Below are positions 57,275 through 64,000 of a stretch of 64,000 bases of DNA, piece after piece. The DNA comes from Candidatus Sumerlaeota bacterium (GTDB taxonomy: Bacteria > Sumerlaeota > Sumerlaeia > JAFGJS01): positions 31,726-95,725 of the forward strand of contig JAFGJS010000042.1 of the NCBI GenBank assembly GCA_016928995.1, written 5' to 3'. Within the stretch, counting starts at the first letter, position 1. Every line of letters begins with the position of its first letter. The translations under genes were made by a program, and so were the position numbers. The notes beneath the pieces were generated by a model. It ran no database searches. It saw nothing but the letters and a program-made list of their open reading frames with translations, and was not told where the DNA came from.

Positions 57275-58216
57275 TTATGGATACATCGATCGAAGCTGAT
57301 CGTAACCGGTCGTATTGGTGATCTGTTCGATCGTCACCATGGTCGAAAGCCTCATTGTTTCAATCGGCGACGCCAGACTCAGGTCGATATCCTCCAGCGG
57401 TTTGACGCCGACGTAAATCTCCAGGTCGAACCGCACGGCGGCCGGCAGAGGAAAATGTGGATAATTGAGACTGGCATAGCCGTTGGAATCCCAATCCTCC
57501 ACCCAGTGCGGCGGCCAATTCGAAGCGGGACGACCGCCTCCTTCTTCCAGGACGTTCCCATCGAAAAACAGCATATTGAAGGAAAGCACATCGAAAGCCA
57601 TCGGCTCCGTAATGATCAGAGGCTGTGGATTCCGGCCGACATTGTAGTCGCTGGTCTTGAGCAGCACATGGTCCTGATCGTCAAAAGAACCGATGAAATA
57701 CGTGATCTCCCGGTCGAAATTATCATTGCCGGGATTAGCGTCGGACGAGGAGTAAAACCTCACGCGGTCTTCGCCAAACAAACAATCCTCATCCACTCTC
57801 TCGTCGCTCATATCCACCTGACCCAGAAACAGCTCGCGCTCGTATTCGAACCAGATCGCAATATGGCGGTCGATCCAGTCGCCGTCCTCATCCGCGCCGT
57901 TGCGCAGCTCCTCGTCGGCATGGCCGTCGCCGTCGTTATCCACGCCGTCGCCCCACGTCAAGGTCTGATTGACTGCGTAGAAGCTCTTGTCGACGTCCAG
58001 CAGGTTGATTTTCGCGGCGCGCATTTCAGCCGCCATGCTTTGCAGCGCCGCGCGGGCGTTATTGATTGCGCGAACCCGCCGTTCGGCGACGTCCGTGGCG
58101 CGGGTGATCTGGACGAAGGCGGCCGTCGTCGCCGAAAGAAACGTCAGCGACATCAGAATCGCCACCAGCAATTCCACCACTGTCATGCCCCGCCATGTTC
58201 CGCGCGTTCTCAGCAT
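57275..58216 (-). CDS. GspJ-like minor pseudopilin with an acidic DxDxDG insertion
   Basis: TWRG|MTVVELLVAILMSLTFL. 313 aa. Insertion GDGVDNDGDGHADEELRNGADEDGDWID. Position is immediately upstream of the K-like gene. Confidence 0.7.
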   Translation of the reverse strand: MLRTRGTWRGMTVVELLVAILMSLTFLSATTAAFVQITRATDVAERRVRAINNARAALQSMAAEMRAAKINLLDVDKSFYAVNQTLTWGDGVDNDGDGHADEELRNGADEDGDWIDRHIAIWFEYERELFLGQVDMSDERVDEDCLFGEDRVRFYSSSDANPGNDNFDREITYFIGSFDDQDHVLLKTSDYNVGRNPQPLIITEPMAFDVLSFNMLFFDGNVLEEGGGRPASNWPPHWVEDWDSNGYASLNYPHFPLPAAVRFDLEIYVGVKPLEDIDLSLASPIETMRLSTMVTIEQITNTTGYDQLRSMYP

Positions 58217-58274
58217 TGTCGCTCTGCATCCGCCGGATTGTTCCTCGACACCGGCATCTCCTCATCAATCTATG

Positions 58275-58763
58275 TCATTCGCCAAATCGCAACTCATATA
58301 AAACGTCCCGAGACGGACGAAAATCGGTCGAATATCGAACAATCACTCGCGCCACTCCGATGTCGTCGCGCGGATCGCCGGAATCATCAATGGGATCGAG
58401 CAGCGACACGCCGCTGAACTGATAAGACAGTTTCGGCTCATCGGGAAAGGGCAGCGGTCTTGTTGGCCTTGTCAATGCGCGAATTTCTTCGAGCTTGGTG
58501 TGACCGAGATCATCGTACAGCCGGATTTCCTCCGCTTTCAACTGCGCCAGCGCCACGGCCTTGGTGCGATACATCGCCTCGTATTTCTGTTCGACGGCGC
58601 GCGGGAAGTATATGGCGATCATCAGCACGCCCGCCAGCAGCGCCATCAAACTCACCAGCACCTCCAAAAGGGAGAATCCGGCTGTTCCGCGCCTCTGCAT
58701 CCATCGCAGGCGGTCCGCCGGGTTCTTTTTCCCCTGCTGAAATGTCTTGTTCATGCGCTGCAT
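58275..58763 (-). CDS. GspI-like minor pseudopilin
   Basis: RGTAG|FSLLEVLVSLMALLAGVLMIAI. Mature length ~130 aa. Start placed at MQRMNK... (58763) to avoid overlap with the upstream gene; the track ORF extends to 58814. Confidence 0.65.
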   Translation of the reverse strand: MQRMNKTFQQGKKNPADRLRWMQRRGTAGFSLLEVLVSLMALLAGVLMIAIYFPRAVEQKYEAMYRTKAVALAQLKAEEIRLYDDLGHTKLEEIRALTRPTRPLPFPDEPKLSYQFSGVSLLDPIDDSGDPRDDIGVARVIVRYSTDFRPSRDVLYELRFGE

Positions 58764-58788
58764 GGGTCGCGTCTGCGTTCCTTTCGCT

Positions 58789-59385
58789 CTAACGCCGTTC
58801 TTTTTCAAACACATGGGCGCGGGCGGTCGATGAATAGAGCTTCACGGTGTATATATTCGTGTCCGTCAACGGATCCTTTGTGTTTTGGATCAAATGCAAG
58901 ACTGCGTAATCGCTCGTGCCGCTTGGATTGAAAAAAATGTCGATCATCTCGTCCGAGTAAGGATAGGCGTAATCGGTGGTCCGGCCGTCGCCCAGGGTGG
59001 AATCAAAAAGCCGCTGGACGCTTGCATCCTCCACACGCACCAGGACAGGCAGTGTTTTTTCCGTCACGACGTGCGGTTTGTATAGCGCGAGCTGCGGCGT
59101 TCCGCTCGTTGTATCCAGCTGATATTCATCCAGCCAGAAGGTTCCTGTGGCAAGGTGTATCCGGACGGCGAAAAAATTACCCCGGCGCATCGCCAGCGTC
59201 CGCGCCAGATCCATCGATTGTTTCAGATTTTGCGCCCCTTCATGCAACCGCAATTGAATGCGCGTCTCCCGGTAAACCAGCACGCCCATGGTGGACATGA
59301 TCGAAATGATCAGCAACACCACGGCCACTTCCGTGAACGTCAAACCGTGTGAAGCTGTTTTTTTCGGGAGGCCCAATCCTTGCAC
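58789..59385 (-). CDS. GspH-like minor pseudopilin
   Basis: GTG start. KKTASHG|LTFTEVAVVLLIISIMSTMGVLV. 198 aa. First gene after the spacer that follows gspF. Confidence 0.65.
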   Translation of the reverse strand: MQGLGLPKKTASHGLTFTEVAVVLLIISIMSTMGVLVYRETRIQLRLHEGAQNLKQSMDLARTLAMRRGNFFAVRIHLATGTFWLDEYQLDTTSGTPQLALYKPHVVTEKTLPVLVRVEDASVQRLFDSTLGDGRTTDYAYPYSDEMIDIFFNPSGTSDYAVLHLIQNTKDPLTDTNIYTVKLYSSTARAHVFEKERR

Positions 59386-59550
59386 GGACAGTCACTCTCA
59401 GAATCAAAATGATGAATTCGCGCCAATAATTGCGAGCTGCGGTTGCGCATCGCAACTGCGATGGTACGATGCAAAACAGTCGCACGTGGCGCTTATCCGG
59501 CGCCCGCGTATTGGTCCAGCCGATGCGTAGCGCCATATTACTACATGATT

Positions 59551-59579
59551 TATATATACCCGTAGGAGGCCTGCGTCAA
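59551..59579 (-). promoter_or_regulatory. Sigma70-like promoter candidate for the pseudopilin operon, TTGACG-17 nt-TATATA
   Basis: Minus strand reads cgTTGACGcaggcctcctacgggtaTATATAaatc, ~165 nt upstream of the GTG of the gspH-like gene. Motif match only. Confidence 0.35.
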
Positions 59580-59817
59580 CGAAACAATCATGCAATCTCG
59601 CATATTTCCAAACCAATCAGACAACTCCAGATTTGAATCAATCCCGCCTCAAAAACGTCAACCGCCATTTTGCGCCGATCTGCAGAATATCATATTATCC
59701 AGCTTCAAATGAATCCTGATATATGGCTAAACGCACTTCAAAAATCCCGCTACGCCGGCCCTTGATCCGGAACGGCATCCCGCGTACAATCATATATTTT
59801 TCAATATTGCATGAAAG

Positions 59818-59850
59818 ACGCCGAAGGGACGCATCAAGCCCCTTCGGCGT
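59818..59850 (-). terminator. 11-bp perfect hairpin downstream of gspF
   Basis: Minus strand ACGCCGAAGGG-gcttgatgcgt-CCCTTCGGCGT-ctttcat, 50 nt after the gspF stop. The U-run is weak. Confidence 0.4.
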
Positions 59851-59899
59851 TGTAATGTTATTAAAACACTGTCATCACGCGACTTGGCGTCGTGTCTCG

Positions 59900-61135
59900 T
59901 CACGAACTGGGAATCAGCGACGGCAGCGTGAACAACGGCAGATACAGCGCGATGACGATGGCGCCGATGATCACGCCGAGGAACACCATCAGCAAGGGCT
60001 CCATGATCGACGTCAGGGCGTCCACGGTGTCGTCCACGTCGCGCTGATAGGCTTCCGCGACTTTCTGCAACATGTGATCGATGGCGCCGGTTTCTTCCCC
60101 AACGGCGACCATATGCACGACCAATGGCGGAAAGACGGTCACTTCCCGCATCGGCTCGTGGATCGATTCGCCTTCCTTCACGCTGCTATGAATCTTTTCC
60201 ATCGCGCGCGCGACCACTTCGTTGCCCGAGGTGTCGCGCACGATGTCAATCGCCTGCAGAATCGGCACGCCTGCCGTGATCAATGTGGACAGCGTGCTGG
60301 CAAAACGGGCGATGGAGGCTTTCAAGATCAGACTGCCAAACACCGGTAATTTGAGTTTGACCCGGTCAAACACGTACTTGCCCTCGCGTGTTTTGTTGAT
60401 TTGCCGGTAAATGATGTATAAAATGATAAGACCCGCAATCACCAGCGGAAATTGATGCTGCAGGATATTGCTCGCCGTTACGAGCTGCTGAGTCATCCAG
60501 GGCAGTTCCGCGCCCAAGCCGGAGAAAATATCATCGAATTTCGGAATAATCATGATCAGAATCACGCCGACGATGATCGTCGCCAAAACGAGCACGACCA
60601 TGGGATACATCAGCGCGGAGCGGACTTTGGAGACCAGGGCCTGACGTTTTTCCAGGTAGTCGGCGAGCTTATTCAACACGACTTCAAGCACACCGCCGAT
60701 CTCTCCCGCGCGGATCATGTTCACAAAGAGATTGTCGAAAACTTTGCGGTGCTTCGACATCGCGTCGGAGAGCGTGGAGCCTTCCTCGATGGATTTGGCC
60801 ATCAATCCGATTTTCTCTTTAAAAACGACCGACTCGACCTGCTCTTCGAGAATATGCAGGCTGCGCATGATCGGCAGACCGGCGTCGATCAGCGTGGCCA
60901 GCTGGCGCGTAAAAACGGTTAGATGTTTGATTTTCACGCGGTGAAAAATGTTGCGCAGGCCTGGCAGCGCGAGCAAGTCCACATCACCGACTTTCTTTTT
61001 CTCGCGCACCACCTTGAGCGGGTAGTAGCCCATGCCGCGCAGCTTCTCAATGATCATGTCCTCGCTGCCGGCGTCGATCTGGCCTCGCACGGTCCGGCCG
61101 CCGGTATCCAGCGCTTCATAATTGAATTTCGCCAT
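59900..61135 (-). CDS. gspF: Type II secretion / type IV pilus platform protein (GspF/PilC family)
   Basis: Two T2SSF repeats (FTRQLATLIDAGLPIMRSLHIL; FASTLSTLITAGVPILQAIDIV) and three TM segments. Start at MAKFNYEALD (ATG 61135, with GAGGATGAGGG upstream). Confidence 0.9.
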   Translation of the reverse strand: MAKFNYEALDTGGRTVRGQIDAGSEDMIIEKLRGMGYYPLKVVREKKKVGDVDLLALPGLRNIFHRVKIKHLTVFTRQLATLIDAGLPIMRSLHILEEQVESVVFKEKIGLMAKSIEEGSTLSDAMSKHRKVFDNLFVNMIRAGEIGGVLEVVLNKLADYLEKRQALVSKVRSALMYPMVVLVLATIIVGVILIMIIPKFDDIFSGLGAELPWMTQQLVTASNILQHQFPLVIAGLIILYIIYRQINKTREGKYVFDRVKLKLPVFGSLILKASIARFASTLSTLITAGVPILQAIDIVRDTSGNEVVARAMEKIHSSVKEGESIHEPMREVTVFPPLVVHMVAVGEETGAIDHMLQKVAEAYQRDVDDTVDALTSIMEPLLMVFLGVIIGAIVIALYLPLFTLPSLIPSS

Positions 61136-61281
61136 CGTACCCTCATCCTCTGCTTGCGGCAGCTGCGCAAGCGGCATCGTCGATGCTCACGCCAGAACCT
61201 GACGCGATTGAATTATTGTCTCTTATCGCCGCCGGGAATTCAATCTTTTTCTGCCTGCTCGTGCGAGCGGCCTCCCCGGCC

Positions 61282-64000
61282 TTATTTCAGTATGCTCCAA
61301 TCGCGCGACATCGTCACGGGGTGCTCTTTAAACGTCATGCCGGGAGTCTGGCTCACGATGCTCACATCGTCCACGTACCAGCCGTCGTCGCCAAAGCTCG
61401 AATCCGAGCCGAAACGCCAGCGTATCAGCACGCTTTCACCGGCGTATTCCTGCAAATCCACTGTCGCCTCCGTCAGCGTTCCCAGGTCGCCGTCAGTCCA
61501 GGCCTGGCGTCCACCCAGAGGATTATCATAATAGTCGCTCAGCACGCCGGTATAGCCGCCGCTCACGATCGCGTCGCCCAGATCCGTCCATGATGAGCCG
61601 CCATTCGTGGAAATCTCCAGCACGCCTCCGTCGTAATCCCCAAAGATATCCGACTCAAAGGAGTAGGTATGCCAAAACTTCAACATGGGGTGCGCGGATG
61701 GCACGACGATGGGAACTGATCGCAGGCTGAGATCATTGACGCTGTCGTAATCCTGACAATAGAAACTATGGCTCGCACTGTGCACATAGCCGGTGGAGGT
61801 CCAAACCCAGCCGCCCGTGCCCGACGTTTGTATCGTCGTAAATCCATCTGTGCCTGGTTCAAAATCGTATAGCGAGACGAGGGTTTCGACTCCCGTCACA
61901 AAGTGGTAGCAAGCGCCGCCGTTGTCATCCGTGAGAGGGTGCGAGAGCGAGTCTTCCACTTCCAGGTAAACATAATAATGCTCCTGTGGCTCCAAGCCGG
62001 TCAAATACGCTACATATGTCTGACCGGAGAATTGGGAGATGGCGAAGGAAAACGAAGGAGCGCCGCATACCGTCCCGGCTTCCGCCGTGCCGAAAACTTC
62101 TTCGTCGGCGCGGAAAAAGATCGACGCGCTGGAATTGTCAATCTCCAGAATGGTCACTTCTTCAATCACTGGCGGGAGGCAATCGAGCATCGCCGTCGCG
62201 CTGACATTGGCCGTGACAGGAGCACCGCCGGTGTTCGCGTCATAATATGTCGCGGTGAATAATTGCCCCGAGCTGCCTTCCAGCACGCCGTTGCCGGCAG
62301 AGACCGAGGAGGATAGAATCGGAATGGAGCCGGTGAAGCCGCTGGTCGCAGATCCGGTCAGCGTCACGGCCTCCGAATCTCCCGACAGCGTTGTCAACGT
62401 CGCGGAGACGGAACCGCCTGTAGCGTTGCCGTCCAGCACGGTTAACGTGACAAGAGAGGCGCAGTCATACCTCGAAGCATCCAGGGAGATCGATCCCTTC
62501 GAGGGATAGGCCAGTCCGCCAGTGGCGACGACAGCGTAACCTTGATTTCCGTACAGCGCATTCACTGTCGTGCCGTCCACGCGGACGACGTAATCTCCGA
62601 CGGACGGCGTATTAAGCAACACCATTTCCACATTGTTCAGCACATCCTGCGAGCCGCCGGTTGTGGATTGGCCGCCGGATAAAACGTTGCCGAGATAGAA
62701 CGTCGTCAAGTCCGGTTCAATCACAATTAAATTCAGATTGTTCACCACCGGCGCCGAGGAATTCAACGCGCCTGGAGGATCGTGCCAGACCAATGTGACC
62801 TTGAGCGGTTCCGAGGCGTTAATGACCGACACGGTGTAGGCGTCGCTCTCGCCTTGAGCGATGCCAACGCCATCCGCGCGGCGTTCATCATGCGCCCACA
62901 GCCTTCGCGTGTCGCCCGTGAAATACAGCGCATTGTCCAATTTCGGCAGCCCCCACCCCTCTTCATACGACGGATAGCCCGTCACTCCGGTCATATCCAC
63001 CGTGCTGTTCAGCAGCATCGCCTTCATCAGCGGTCCGGATGGAATCAGCGCGTCGCTCGCCTGGGCGTTTCCCGTGGGGTAAAAGCCTTCAACGAAATAC
63101 TGCCGGATCAACGCCGTGGAGCCGGCCAGCGCCGGAGTGGCCATACTCGTGCCGGTATATTCCACTGTGCCGCAAGACGAGCCATTCAGCGCGCTGAGCG
63201 TATCCGTGCCCGGCGCAAAAATCTCAGGCTTCCGGCGCCCGTCCGTCGTGGGGCCGAATCCGCATCCCCAAGGCGTCCGGTTCATGTGGTTTGGCGCATG
63301 ATCGGCATTACCCACGCCCAGGCAGTTCTTCGCGTTCTCGGGAACATGCGTGAGTTCATCCAGGTTCGTCGCGGCAAACAGCACGAGTCCATTTTCATTT
63401 GCCCAACTGTATTGATCGATGTCCACGCACCAATAATTGTACGCCCGGGAATCGTCGCTGCCCCAGGAGTTCGTATGAATATACGCGCCTTCCGACTGGG
63501 CGCGTGGCAACACGACAGCCAGATCGACACTCGACGAAGACGTGTGCGTGAGCTTTGCATTGTATGCATGGCCGGCGTTGTCGATGTCGCCGTTGACGTT
63601 CAATCCCGCCGCCGTGCCGGCGGTGTGCGTCCCGTGATCGCCCGGCAATTCGCTGGTATGATAAGCCACGACTTTGCGATGCGACGGCCTCGGCGTGTTA
63701 TTACTGTTATCCCGGAAGAAACAGCTGTCCAGATCGATCGCGTCGTCGATATGTCCGATCACCTGTCCCTCGCCGTGCAATCCGTAGCCCCAGATACTCC
63801 GCACCCCATCGACGCCCGATTGCAAAATGCCCGTGGCCGAATTATTGCGAAGTTCAACGGCAAGATAGGGCTCGATCCGCCGCACGCTGTCCAAACCTAG
63901 CGCGGCGCCGATCTCGCTCGCGTTCATTTTGCAGATGACACGCGGGTAGTATCCGGAACGAGGGATTTTCATTTCACTGGCGCCGGATTCCTCCAGCGCA
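61282..64000 (-). CDS. Subtilisin-like serine protease (S8) with C-terminal beta-sandwich domains and a MAM/LamG-like jelly-roll; N-terminus probably beyond the right edge
   Basis: Catalytic triad contexts VIGHIDDAID, GDHGTHTAGTAAG and GTSMATPALAGSTALI. The C-terminus reads ...WHTYSFESDIFGDYDGGVLEISTNGGSSWTDLG...VLIRWRFGSDSSFGDDGWYVDDVSI. The frame stays open upstream of the first ATG (63972) to the window edge, and no signal peptide follows that ATG. Confidence 0.85.
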   Translation of the reverse strand, partial: ALEESGASEMKIPRSGYYPRVICKMNASEIGAALGLDSVRRIEPYLAVELRNNSATGILQSGVDGVRSIWGYGLHGEGQVIGHIDDAIDLDSCFFRDNSNNTPRPSHRKVVAYHTSELPGDHGTHTAGTAAGLNVNGDIDNAGHAYNAKLTHTSSSSVDLAVVLPRAQSEGAYIHTNSWGSDDSRAYNYWCVDIDQYSWANENGLVLFAATNLDELTHVPENAKNCLGVGNADHAPNHMNRTPWGCGFGPTTDGRRKPEIFAPGTDTLSALNGSSCGTVEYTGTSMATPALAGSTALIRQYFVEGFYPTGNAQASDALIPSGPLMKAMLLNSTVDMTGVTGYPSYEEGWGLPKLDNALYFTGDTRRLWAHDERRADGVGIAQGESDAYTVSVINASEPLKVTLVWHDPPGALNSSAPVVNNLNLIVIEPDLTTFYLGNVLSGGQSTTGGSQDVLNNVEMVLLNTPSVGDYVVRVDGTTVNALYGNQGYAVVATGGLAYPSKGSISLDASRYDCASLVTLTVLDGNATGGSVSATLTTLSGDSEAVTLTGSATSGFTGSIPILSSSVSAGNGVLEGSSGQLFTATYYDANTGGAPVTANVSATAMLDCLPPVIEEVTILEIDNSSASIFFRADEEVFGTAEAGTVCGAPSFSFAISQFSGQTYVAYLTGLEPQEHYYVYLEVEDSLSHPLTDDNGGACYHFVTGVETLVSLYDFEPGTDGFTTIQTSGTGGWVWTSTGYVHSASHSFYCQDYDSVNDLSLRSVPIVVPSAHPMLKFWHTYSFESDIFGDYDGGVLEISTNGGSSWTDLGDAIVSGGYTGVLSDYYDNPLGGRQAWTDGDLGTLTEATVDLQEYAGESVLIRWRFGSDSSFGDDGWYVDDVSIVSQTPGMTFKEHPVTMSRDWSILK

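Noticed and set aside
54583-58417. 480-aa (54583-56025) and 445-aa (57080-58417) plus-strand ORFs inside the pseudopilin cluster.
   Set aside because: They lie antisense to the K-, J- and I-like genes, which carry prepilin signals and domain motifs. Their Arg/His/Gln-rich composition is implausible for real proteins.
59404-59616. 70-aa minus-strand ORF, and other short frames in the gspF-gspH spacer, as a degraded gspG.
   Set aside because: No G|FTLIE-type prepilin motif or hydrophobic N-terminal helix occurs in any of the three minus-strand frames. The composition is not protein-like.

Overview
This is a 64-kb chromosomal window from a moderately high-GC bacterium. I cannot assign a phylum from the sequence alone; the many pseudopilins, the TMTC-like TPR protein and the giant beta-sandwich repeat protein look like an uncultured environmental lineage. 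Most genes are on the minus strand.

- **Left end (1-6.8 kb):** the canonical tRNA-Trp-secE-nusG-rplK-rplA-rplJ-rplL-rpoB cluster. rpoB runs off the left edge.
- **Middle, housekeeping genes:** hflX, panC, sixA-like, mutS, acs, an IMPase, an M24 Xaa-Pro peptidase and an AddA-like helicase-nuclease.
- **Middle, accessory genes:** a zinc-ribbon polytopic membrane protein, a B12-binding radical SAM enzyme, ppnP, a duplicated LysM protein, an ExeA/GspA-like ATPase next to a MerR-HTH::MinD/ParA fusion, and a solo GspG-like pilin. Also a TMTC-like TPR membrane protein, an AT-rich islet holding an MNT nucleotidyltransferase plus a PD-(D/E)XK-like protein, a 1678-aa CBM + CarboxypepD_reg-repeat lipoprotein, a GH30-like hydrolase and an orphan AmmeMemoRadiSam radical SAM enzyme.
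- **Right end (49.7-64 kb):** an atypical type II secretion / type IV filament-like operon. Its order is S8 protease, gspF, a non-coding spacer where gspG normally sits, gspH/I/J/K-like minor pseudopilins (the K-like one is 857 aa), then six tandem oversized GspG-like paralogues.
- **Intergenic regions:** a family of structured repeats whose hairpin arms are built from tandem octamers, hexamers or heptamers, usually placed just after stop codons.
- **Not found:** CRISPR arrays, rRNA genes, transposases or integrases.

The long ORFs lying antisense to real genes are high-GC shadow frames.
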